Below, in pieces: positions 1 to 10,303 of a DNA stretch of 64,000 nt. Made by a program: the position numbers and the translations under genes. The stretch's first letter is position 1. Every line of letters starts with the position of its first letter. A model generated the notes under the pieces. The model searched no databases and was not told the origin of the DNA. It worked only from the letters and a program-made list of their open reading frames with translations. Source of the stretch: Eledone cirrhosa (Eukaryota); NCBI GenBank assembly GCA_964016885.1, contig OZ024741.1:281356001-281420000 (forward strand), in the 5' to 3' direction.

Positions 1-24
1 GAGTCTGTGAAGGGTTCGCAGATC
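1..24 (-). CDS. neur: Probable next exon (partial, runs off the window) of the neuralized-like gene
   Basis: The minus strand has a strong acceptor, ttcttctcttgtttttcag|GATCTG. In phase 1, matching the donor at 2423, it reads (G)SANPSQT with no stop. Confidence 0.6.
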
Positions 25-109
25 CTGAAAAACAAGAGAAGAATAATAATGTAAAATATAAAGAATAACTAATAATTATGAAGTTATAATAGACTTTGAT
101 CTTAACCAA

Positions 110-245
110 AAGGCTGATAGATAGGCAGAATCGGCGGAGTGTCAGACGAAATACTTTGCGGCATATAGTTATGAACCTTTATGTTCAAAATCTCCCTAAT
201 GTTAGCTTTGCTTTTTGTCCTTATGAGGTTTGGTAAAATGGTTGT
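110..245 (+). mobile_element. Decayed tRNA-derived SINE fragment (Nin/Deu-domain type)
   Basis: Degenerate match to the better copies at 27695-27935 and 62765-62982 (gttcaaaatc...gttagctttgctttttgtccttatgagg). Confidence 0.5.
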
Positions 246-461
246 CCCCTGCTCCCTCAATGAAACAAAAAATGAAGTGCTTTCTTTTAGAATTTTGTTG
301 AGGAATAACTGATGAACAAAGCCAAAAGGATAAATTGATATATATATACACATCTGTATTCAGATTACAAAGGACCAGAATCCGCTAGGTTGAATAGTAT
401 ACTAACTAAAAACATAAGAAGACCAGATTCCAATATCTTCCTTTATATATAAAAGAAGATA

Positions 462-699
462 TTTAATCAGGGGTAACCACAATAAGTAAGGTACTCAATA
501 CATAGCAGAGTATAAATATTTAATATAGAAATGGTTTCTACAGGACTAGAACTGTTTCGTTCAGGAGAAACCATCAGGGCTTCCTGATGATTTCTCCCGA
601 ATGAAACAGTTCTAGTCCTGTAGAAGCCATTTCTATATTAAATATTTATACTCTGCTATGTATTGAGTACCTTACTTATTGTGGTTACCCCCGATTAAA
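462..699. mobile_element. Inverted pair of ~117-bp repeat units, probable Penelope-like terminal repeats
   Basis: 462-578 is the near-perfect reverse complement of 583-699, with a ~4-nt spacer. Single copies of the same unit occur at 36313 and 59095-59231. Confidence 0.75.
578..628 (+). ncRNA. Type I hammerhead ribozyme fold
   Basis: GGCUUC-CUGAUGA-U(UUC uccc GAA)U-GAAA-C AG uucuaguc CU GUA-GAAGCC. Helix I is 6 bp (578-583/623-628), helix III is 4 bp, both core boxes are intact, and the predicted cleavage is after A622. Position 10.1-11.1 is a U-U mismatch. Confidence 0.75.
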
Positions 700-1584
700 C
701 CCGGGATACACACATATATATATATATGTAGAGAGAGAGAAAGAAAGAGATATTGAATCCAAATCTCTATTTACAATATTATTTTCTGAAACTTGACAGT
801 ATTATTTAGTAGAATTATTTTATTTCAATGATTACAATTTATAAAAGTCTAGCAGGAGGAGGAGTTGACTATATAACTGAAGAAAATTTAAATATTATTG
901 CCATAAAGAAAATCCAGCAAAAAAACGTTATATAATCTTGGAGAGGTTTTAAAATAAAGAAGTGAGATATAGTAATACAACCTTTGATAATTTGCCAGTT
1001 AACAATACACTGGTATCAAATTAAATAACTGAAAGAATTGGAAGACAAATGTGCTGCAGAGAATTTTGAGTTTGAAAAAAATCTGGAATCTTTATAACAA
1101 CAAAACAGGTTTTCTTGACTTCAAGATGAATATCTATATTTTTAGAGTTAGGTAGCACTCACATATTTCTTTTATTCTGCTGTTGCTATAAATTTCCTTC
1201 TAGTATAATATATGATGTACTGGTGCAACAACAAAATGCACCTAATGGTAGTACTAGTATTATTAAAAAAAGCACACAGTCCACCCTGTAAGATGATTGT
1301 TTAATGATAATGCTCCCAGTACATGCTGTAATTTGGTTTGCATTAGGAAAGGCATCCAGTTGTAGAAACTAAACTAAAAACGGAACATACAAGTAAGACC
1401 TGACCTGTCTAGTCACAGTAAGTGACAACACGTGAGCATGGGAAATAGTTGTTAAATGATGATGACAATGTTGATGATGATAATGAGTGCAGATTCCTAG
1501 TTGTAGTATATTTTCTGTATTATTGTTTATTAATCTAACTAGGAAAAGGCACCACTCATAATATTTTAAGTAACATACTTAATT

Positions 1585-1795
1585 TCTAACCCTTTCTAAT
1601 GAACTGTATTTGAATAATTAAGCAATGAGAAATTTGGAGAGATTCACAAAAGTTATGAATTATCTCATTATTAAGATGGTATTTGTAACATAAAAGTTTC
1701 TATCTCAAATTTTGTTGGAAGGTTTTAATTTTAACAGAAACTCTTTAAAATGAACTAGAGATAGCTTTGGGCAGATTGGTATCAAAGAGGTTAAT
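1585..1795. mobile_element. Decayed TTAA-flanked MITE (piggyBac-like ends)
   Basis: Starts taaccctttc and ends ggtatcaaagaggttaa. The family recurs many times in the window. Confidence 0.5.
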
Positions 1796-1829
1796 AACTG
1801 CAGGCTTATAGTTAGCAAATCCTGTGATA

Positions 1830-1931
1830 TACAAGGTGTATCAAATAGAATCATCTGATTTACACACAAACACACATGTATATATATATATATATATATC
1901 TAAATCAGATGATATTCTTTGATACACATGT
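1830..1931. mobile_element. Short Tc1/mariner-type MITE
   Basis: TA-flanked inverted termini caaggtgtatcaaatagaatcatctgattt / aaatcagatgatattctttgatacacatg. The same terminus starts the elements at 22820 and 57730. Confidence 0.6.
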
Positions 1932-2422
1932 ATATCTGACATTGCAACATACAAACCTGAAACTATCAACAGACCCTGTATAACCATAGACACCTTATCC
2001 TAGAAGAGGATTCTGAGATATGTCCCTAGTGTAGTTTTTATAGTAACTTCAGTCTTCTATAAGATTGTTGGTATGAACATTTTGGTAATCTTCCTGGTAT
2101 TATTCAGAAATAATCAGTACAAATGAATAATGGATCACTATTGATTTTGATGATAAGCAATCTGTTTTTCATGTCTGTTCATTGAGTTATCCAGTAAGTA
2201 GTTGAGTATTTCAAAGACATGTGTACCCTTAATGAATTTTGAAGCCTAATCACAGTTTCTATCTACCTAATTTTGTTCACAAGGTTTGGGTTGACACTTG
2301 CTTCACACTGATAAAATTACAAGATTACTCTAGAGAAATGTATCACTATAAATAAAATTACTGGTTATACCAATGAGAAAAAGAGAAAAAATAATTTGCT
2401 CAACAAAATTTTAATTGCTTAC

Positions 2423-2542
2423 CAAGTATTTTTATTTTCTGAACATTGCCATAAACATCGAAAAACATCCACAATGGCAATGTAGGGTCAACATGCATTA
2501 ATGTAGTCATTTTGCTGGTATTTCTTGCATAGCGGACTTCAC
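2423..2542 (-). CDS. neur: Internal exon of neuralized-like E3 ubiquitin ligase, C-terminal part of an NHR domain (probably NHR2)
   Basis: Acceptor tttctactattttcag|GT and donor CTTG|gtaagc; 120 nt, phase 1-1. The translation GEVRYARNTSKMTTLMHVDPTLPLWMFFDVYGNVQKIKILG matches the recalled NHR C-terminal motif GEV...MHVD.S/TL.LW.F.DVYG. Confidence 0.88.
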
Positions 2543-4120
2543 CTGAAAATAGTAGAAATGGACAAATTGTTAGTTTGGTCTCTTTTAAAATCAACTAAAC
2601 AAAACAATATAGAGAGAAAATGAAGATATATCTAATGCTGAGGTTCTAATTTTCACCAGTACAGAATATATCTGTTTTAACCATGGATTCAGCATGCTCA
2701 GTCGGGTGTGTAATGTTAGTGTACATGAATGAACTTAGAAGAGGAATCAGATACAGTGTGCAAGAGAAAAGTGTGCTGGTACAAGTATGTACTTAGATGA
2801 TGATCATTTGATGAAGTGCCAGGAGTTATCAAAACTGCAGAAGAAAAAGAAATTTAATCTCAAAACATGAACCTTGTGATGATGAAGGGAATGTAACAAG
2901 TAGGGAGAGTTCTGTTGGAGAAGACATGTCTAACTCCTGACAACAGAAACAAGTAGGGGGAAATTCTGTTGGAAAGCATTGATTTAGATGATTTTCTAAG
3001 CTTCAGAAGGTTAGTTAAGTTTGTTCTATTACAACTGTACGTAAAACAACTGAGGTACCATTATATGTACCAAGGGCAATGGATTGGCTGATAAAATAAA
3101 GTACCAGTACAGTACCGGAGTAAATATAATCAACTTTCTCCTCCCTTCAAATTGCTGGCCTTGTGCCTAAATCAGAAATCCCTATGTGCACCATTAGATA
3201 TAGAATTAGATGGATGGAGGAAAAATAGTGTATGATAAACCTAGGTAGTGTATTTCATTATAAATATGGCAACAAAAGGGTTAAAGTGTTTATATTTATA
3301 TTAAAACCTTCCATTATACTTTTCTGTAAGAATCCTTGTTAAATTGTGCTCCGCACGGAAGTTAGTTATATAACTATACCCCTCCAAATTCTTGATTAAT
3401 TTCAAAAATTATGGACAGTATCTTTCATTAGGTTACAAAATGTCAAGGCAGAGGAATAACCAAATTACTATTTGCTAATTATGTAAATGTGTGTTTATAT
3501 ATATAAATTACTTATAATTATAACATTTAAAATGTCATATTTCTCTTTAATAATTGGAAATTGTTTCAGATTAAATCTTTGCAGGAATCATGGGATATAT
3601 ACAAAAAGTTCTTAGTATTATCATCTTAAATCTTAACATCCACTAATGATTTAGCAGAAAATATCTAAAATAATAAAAAAGGTTTGTCAATTCAAATGTT
3701 TATAGTATCTTTATTAGTGGACGAAGTGTTGTGAAAATTTACAGCATTAGAGTAATCCTTTTGACACCAAATCCTAGTTCTATGATACAGAACTGTTTAT
3801 TTTAAATTGTCCACATATATCTAAAAACCTTCCATCAAACATTCATGTAAGAACCTTTATTAAGTTATGTTCCATACACTGGCTTAATAATGACAAAGTT
3901 ATTTTACTAAATTTTTTAAAGTTATTGATTATTTTAGAAACATGTTAATGAAAGAGTTTATGAAATGTTGTCATAGTGTTGTTCTGCTAATGCAGTTTCA
4001 TGCAATATAAGAAAACAGTGAGAGGGAATCAGTTTTTTTATCTGAGTAACAGAAGAAGATATAAATCAGTAATGAGTAAACTGCAGCCTGCAAGCCACAT
4101 GTGGTCTATTTGACTTTCTG

Positions 4121-4121
<1 letters not shown>

Positions 4122-4212
<91 letters not shown>

Positions 4213-4378
4213 TGTGTGTGTGTGTATGTATGTATGTGTGTGTGTATGTATGTGTGTGTGTGTATGTATGTATGTGTGTATGTATGTATGTGTATGTATG
4301 TATGTATGTATGTATGTATGTATGTATGTATGTATGTATGTATGTATGTATGTATGTATGTATGTATGTATGTATGTA

Positions 4379-4411
<33 letters not shown>

Positions 4412-4452
4412 GTGTGTGTATGTGTATGTATGTATATGTATATATATATATA
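4122..4452. repeat. Compound microsatellite (TC)n(TA)n(TG/TATG)n
   Basis: Directly visible. It accounts for the spurious ORFs at 4170-4508. Confidence 0.97.
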
Positions 4453-4515
4453 TAAAATAGTTTAGATAAGTTCATAATAAAACCATACAAAGGCAAACAA
4501 CAATTCAAAGCTCAA

Positions 4516-4649
4516 ATGTGATATCTTATAGACCACAGCAACACAGGTAAGAGTTAATCCATGTGATATCTTATAGACCACAGCAACACAGGTAAGAGTT
4601 AATCCATGTGATATCTTATAGACCACAGCAACACAGGTAAGAGTTAATC
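4516..4649. repeat. 45-bp tandem triplication
   Basis: atgtgatatcttatagaccacagcaacacaggtaagagttaatc starts at 4516, 4561 and 4606. Confidence 0.95.
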
Positions 4650-4697
4650 AAATCAGTAAATTTCCAATCACAGTAGTTTTACAACATCATGTAGCAC

Positions 4698-4732
<35 letters not shown>

Positions 4733-4734
<2 letters not shown>

Positions 4735-5070
4735 CAGAATAAAGAATAACCAGGATTAAAATTAAATTAATTTATTGATGAACGTTTTGATTAACATAGC
4801 AGGAATATTGATTCCTGTTATATTAATCTCTTTAGAATAGAACCTATTTAATAACATTAATATTTACCAACAGATGTCCACAAGATGATCACAATTTCTT
4901 TGACTTCTGTGATCATCTTGTGGACATCTGTTGGTAAATATCTAAATGTTATTTAATAGATTCTAAAACAGTAATGAAAATTCCTGCTTTGTTAATTGAA
5001 ACGTTTGTCAATCAATTAAATGATTAAATTAAATTTTAATCCTAGTTATTTTTTTTATTCATTATATATA
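4733..5070. repeat. Fold-back (inverted repeat) element between (TA)n tracts
   Basis: A perfect ~34-bp inner stem (4860-4893/4908-4941) with diverged outer arms (aataaccaggattaaaatt / aattttaatcctagttatt). Confidence 0.85.
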
Positions 5071-5071
5071 T

Positions 5072-6565
5072 TGGTGCAGTAGCATCATTGTCAACTGCTA
5101 CAAAGGTAAAGGCGATGCACTAGATAGAGGAAACTATAGAGGTATAAAGTTGATGGACCAGGTCATGAAAGTAACAGAAAGAGTTATAGCACAGCTGATT
5201 AGGGACCGGGTGAATATAGACGAGATGCAATTTGGGTTTGTACCAGGGAAAGGCACCACTGATGCGCTCTTCCTTGTGAGGCAATTACAGGAAAAGTACC
5301 TAGCTAAAAGTAAGCCACTCTACTTGGCATTTGTCGACCTTGAGAAAGCCTTTGACAGAGTTCCACGTGCAGTAATCTGGTGGGCTCTTAGAAAACTAGG
5401 AGTAGATGAATGGCTTGTGAAAGCGGTACAAGCCATGTATAGGGGAGCAGTCAGCAAAGTTAGGATTGGCAATGAGTATAGCGAGGAATTTAGCGTACAG
5501 GTTGGGGTCCACCAGGGCTCTGTTCTTAGCCCTCTCCTGTTCATCATAGTCCTGCAGGCAATAACGGAGGAGTTTAAGACCGGATGCCCATGGGAACTCC
5601 TGTATGCTGATGACCTCGCACTCATAGCTGAATCTATGGTAGAACTAGAGAATAAATTCCAAACCTGGAAGCAGGGACTAGAGAGAAAGGGCCTCAAAGT
5701 CAACATGACAAAGACTAAGGTCCTTATAAGTAGACGAGAAAACAGAACCCAGATCCCCTCAGGGAAATGGCCTTGCTCAGTATGTAGGAAAGGTGTAGGT
5801 AGGAACTCCATTCTTTGCCCCAAATGCAAACAATGGGTACACAAGAGATGTAGCGGGATCTCAGGAAGCTTAATTAAGAATGTAGGAGTCACATGCAGCA
5901 GCTGTGCTGAAACAGCAAGCAAACAGCCACAGGAAACAAGTACCACCAATCTCTGGGAGGGCCCTGTAGAAACAGTAGACAGCTTCTGCTACCTAGGTGA
6001 CCGAATTAGCAACGGAGGTGGGTGCTCAGAAAGTACAATAACTAGGGTAAGAACGGGATGGAAGAAGTTTAGGGAACTACTACCACTGCTAGCTGCAAAA
6101 GGCTTCTCCCTCAGAATGAAAGGCAGACTGTATGATGCGTGTATCCGAACAGCGATGTTGCATGGTAGTGAGACCTGGGCGCTGAAGGTGGAAGACTTAC
6201 GTAGATTAGAGAGAAACGAAGCCTGCATGCTCCGATGGATGTGTAACAGTAATATACGTGAACGACAAAGCATAAATGAATTGAGAGAGAGACTGAGCAT
6301 AAGAGGAATCAAATGCTGCGTGCAGGAGAGGCGGTTACGCTGGTATGGACATGTGATGCGTATGAAGGATGACAGCTGTATAAAAAGGTGCAGAGCACTA
6401 GAAGTTGATGGAAACCGCGGAGTGGGGAGACCCAAGATGACTTGGGATGAGGTGATAAAAGCCGACCTTACCCAACTACACCTCTCAAAGTCAATGACAC
6501 ACGACCGTGACTTCTGGCGTCACGCAGTAATACAGGGTACCCGACCTCCCATGGGTACATGCTGA
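5072..6565 (+). mobile_element. 5'-truncated RTE-clade LINE with an uninterrupted reverse-transcriptase ORF
   Basis: The frame is open from 5072 (KGKGDALDRGNYRGIKL) and contains QFGF, FVDLEKAFD, GVHQGSVLSPLLF, LLYADD, FCYLG and RLRWYGHV motifs. Confidence 0.95.
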
Positions 6566-6604
6566 AGCATATAAACAATATGCCCCCCCCCCCCCCCCCC
6601 CCCC

Positions 6605-6878
6605 ACCGCAAGGTGGTCGTGGAGGTGCCACGGCAAAAAAGCACCCAGCCCACACTGTAAAGTGGACGTGTAGGCGCCACGAAAAAGCACCCAGCACTCA
6701 CTGTAAATGAGGTTGGTGTTAGGAAGGGCATCCAGCTGTAGAAATCAAGCCAGATCAGTTCCTGTATGAGCAAGGCATGGTCAGCCGACCAGACACTGCC
6801 CACAACAGGACAACCCGTCTAACCCATGCTAGCGTGGAAGAACGGACGTAAAACGGTGATGATGATGATGATGATGAT
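6605..6878 (+). mobile_element. RTE-type 3' module / SINE body with (GAT)n tail
   Basis: Shares gcacccagc..cactgtaaatgaggttggtgttaggaagggcatccagctgtagaaatcaagccag with the SINEs at 9242-9994 and 21720-22028. Ends in ggacgtaaaac(gat)n. Confidence 0.85.
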
Positions 6879-6900
6879 ATATATATATATATATATATAT

Positions 6901-7455
6901 ATGGTCGGGTCGTTGGCGACTAAACTGGCAACCCCACCAAGGTTTCTTGGTGAGGAGGGTGACTTTGGACATCCTGCAGGACTAAAAACAAAACCTGTCA
7001 AAGGGCAAAGGAGCTCTTAAGAGTCAATGGCCATCCAAAATCACTGGGAGAGATGACCCCTTAGCCTTTGTCAAGGCAGAATTCTAGGAGAAGGAAAACT
7101 CTGATATAACACCTGCAACCCTGATGGTATCCAATGATATTGACTTGTTCTTCTTTTTGGTAAATATCATCTTGGTTAAGAGAGTGGGACTGGCTTTGTG
7201 CAGTGCCTTTGCTCACTATAAAAGCTTCACGGCACAGGCATTGCTTTATATCTGGAGATCTCTCTGCACTTGTCGTCACATGGTACCAAAGGCAAAGCAC
7301 TATGTGTCAATAATTGTCACAAGTGTAGTGTTTGTACCAGAGTTTTCAAGTCGCTGGCTGGACTAAAAAGTCACACTCGTTCAGCGCATCGGTAGGGGTT
7401 CTCCTACATGGATATAAAGTAGTGGCCGTACTCGAAAACGAGTTGGCAGCCACCA
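6901..7455 (+). mobile_element. Insert between (TA)n tracts, resembling an RTE 5' region
   Basis: A more GC-rich island bounded by (TA)n on both sides. The motif ggagaaggaaaactctgatataa resembles RTE 5' UTRs (recalled, not verified). Confidence 0.4.
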
Positions 7456-7556
7456 TATATATATATATATAATGAGAGTTTAGACAAGGATTATTATTAA
7501 AACATTTAATGGACTGATGAATGTTTTGCTAGACTAACAGGAATGAAAAGTATAGG

Positions 7557-7682
<126 letters not shown>

Positions 7683-8549
7683 TACGTGTGCACGCACATG
7701 CACATTTATCTCCATGTATCTTTGGTGGTGTTTGTTAATGTTCTGGTTTCACATGTGTACTGAGTGCATTGTGTTGTGGTGCTAACACTAGGGAGGTTGT
7801 CTTGTTCACTGAATGGCTAAAGAGACTCCTCCACTCCATGCAGTCTCCCTTCTTTCAAGGTAAGAGGATATGATTGAAGAAGAGCCATGACCAAGAGTTG
7901 GAAGAGGAGACAGTATGATTTGTGTGGGGGGGGGGGGCAGTGATAGAATGGTAGGAAAGGGAGAGTGATAGTAGGAGGTTGAGCAGGTAAGCAGCATGAC
8001 AAGATATGGAAATGTATTGTGTTATGAGAGTGATTGATGGGTTCCTCAGGGAAGAGGGAATGACCATTGTCAACTTAGAGTTCCATAAAGTGCAGGGGAG
8101 GGGTGCAGTGCTGGTATTGAACACTGACACAAGTTATGGATTATGGATATCATTAGACATGGAGGATAGGCCGGTACATGGGAATGATAAATGTCCAACA
8201 ATGTGTCTTGTGATGGGGACAGTGGGAGGGAGAAAGAATGATATAAATATTGTCAAGTCTGATGTGAAGGTAAGGGGTGATAGTAGAAGAGAGAGAGAGA
8301 GAGAGAGAGCGAGAGTTAATGTTAATGGGAGTGGTAAAGATAATGATAATCAGAGGTGATGGTAGAGGGATTGGATACAGGCTCCTTCCCTGTTGCTCAG
8401 TATCATAACAGGGTTGTGAATAATTCCTCAGCTCCATTTACTTTCAGTAACTGTGTCGCTATGCTTGTACAGGTGGGTGGGTCTCCTCCATTACAGTGAA
8501 TCACAGAGTGGGCAAATGCTAGGAGGTACAGATGCTTACTCCAAGCTAA

Positions 8550-8795
8550 TTACTTCTGCAGCAATCTCACTAGGAAGACAGCATCAGTAATACTTTTCCA
8601 TGGCATAACGCCAAACTGCATCTCATCACAGATAACCCTGTTCTGAATCAATTACACCATAACTCTTTCTGAGACTTTCATAACCTGGTCTGACAATTTC
8701 ATACCTTTCTCTAGTGTATTGCCTTTGTCCTTCTAGCACTTAACAATACTATTGTTACACCAACTATTGAGTATGACACCTTTTCTGTATTACAA
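8550..8795 (-). mobile_element. Decayed RTE reverse-transcriptase fragment
   Basis: The minus strand reads MKLSDQVMKVSERVMV*LIQNRVICDEMQFGVMPWKSITDAVFLVRLLQK, homologous to 5140-5290. Confidence 0.85.
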
Positions 8796-9211
8796 AATTA
8801 CTGTATACACTCATATATAAGCTGAGAAATATGTGACAAAATAATCAATGGAAAATACCCAAGCCGGACAAGATTAACAAATGAGAAGCAATCCAACTAA
8901 AGATGTAAGTCTGAGTTGTTTGTCTAGTGAACATTCTATCCAAAATTATATTTCCACATTTTCATGGTGTTCTATATCTATCAATCTATCATTTTAAAGT
9001 TGGAGTGGAACCAAAGTTTGAGTTATATCTAAGAAGGTGGGATGAGAGAAACCAAGAAATGAGGCTTCTTCCAATTTTCAAAGAATTAAAAAAATATTGT
9101 TTTTATTAGAGTTATGATGATATTGGCTTGATCTGAAGAGGCTGTGCTTGTGACAAGCACAATCCCCCCACCACTGAGACTGTTTAGAGAAAATATGGAT
9201 ATTCAGTGAAA

Positions 9212-9241
<30 letters not shown>

Positions 9242-9242
<1 letters not shown>

Positions 9243-9577
9243 CATCATCATCATTTCATTTTACGTCCGCTTTTTCCCTGCTTGCAAGGGTGGGACGGGA
9301 ACTGATGCTGGCTTGATTTCTACAGCTGGATGCCCTTCCTAACACCAACCTCATTTACAGTGAGTGCTGGGTGCTTTTTTGCCGTGGCGCCTACACGTCC
9401 ACTTTGCAGTGGAATGATAGGGACCCTAGTCCCTATCATCTCATTTCTACAGTTGAGTAAACTGGAGCAATGTGAAATAAAGTGTCTTGCTCAAGGAAAC
9501 AACACATCGCCCGGTCTGAGAATTGAACTCACAACCTTTCGATTGCAAGGCCAATGCTCTAACCACATGTGCCTCCA
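9242..9577 (-). mobile_element. tRNA-derived SINE with RTE-derived tail
   Basis: Head ggaggcacatgtggttagagc...gttcaattc, body ccttgagcaagacactttatttcac, and a tail nearly identical to the RTE end at 11150-11209. Confidence 0.9.
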
Positions 9578-9651
9578 TAATATATATATATATATATGAT
9601 GGACATTAAACGATGATGATGTATATATATATATATATATATATAGGTAGT

Positions 9652-9994
9652 CATCATCATCATCATTTCATTTTACGTCCACTTTTCCCTGCTTGCAAGG
9701 GTGGGACGGGAACTGATTCTGGCTTGATTTCTACAGCTGGATGCCCTTCCTAACACCAACCTCATTTACAGTGAGGGCTGGGTGCTTTTTTGCCGTGGCG
9801 CCTCCACGACCACTTTGCAGTGGAATGATATGGACCCTAGTCCCTATCATCTCATTTCTACAGCTGAGTAAACTGGAGCAATGTGAAATAAAGTGTCTTG
9901 CTCAAGGAAACAACACATCACCCGGTCTGAGAATTGAACTCACAACCTTTCGATTGCAAGGCCAATGCTCTAACCACTAAGCCATGTGCCTCCA
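9652..9994 (-). mobile_element. tRNA-derived SINE with RTE-derived tail (second copy)
   Basis: A-box TGGCTTAGTGG and B-box-like GTTCAATTC; highly similar to 9242-9577. Confidence 0.92.
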
Positions 9995-10121
9995 TAGTAG
10001 AGGTGCAAATGTATTGCGACCACAGGCGGTATGCCAAGATGACCACTCGATGATCATGGGGAGCAGAGTATCAATAATAATATTAAAAGGGAAAAAAGAA
10101 TCAGTATTGCATCATATACAA

Positions 10122-10169
<48 letters not shown>

Positions 10170-10266
10170 AAAGTAAGTGTAGAAACCATTCAAAAAGGAG
10201 AGATAGGAGATTAGTTGTGAGAATTATAAGCCAGTAGTGAATTTGGTACTGTATTCTCTGACAATA

Positions 10267-10298
<32 letters not shown>

Positions 10299-10303
<5 letters not shown>

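Noticed and set aside
4170-4508. ORFs rich in C/V/M/Y or H/T (also at 7506-7785, 27817-28346, 39588-40087, 53125-53630)
   Set aside because: These are translations of TG/TATG microsatellites.
4516-4649. Triplicated plus-strand splice donors (CAG|GTAAGA)
   Set aside because: There is no matching acceptor or ORF; it is best explained as a recent local tandem duplication.
5320-6435. Minus-strand ORFs of 148-209 aa (also 10599-11155, 49332-49856, 54700-54969)
   Set aside because: These are antisense shadows of real coding frames, with no independent motifs.
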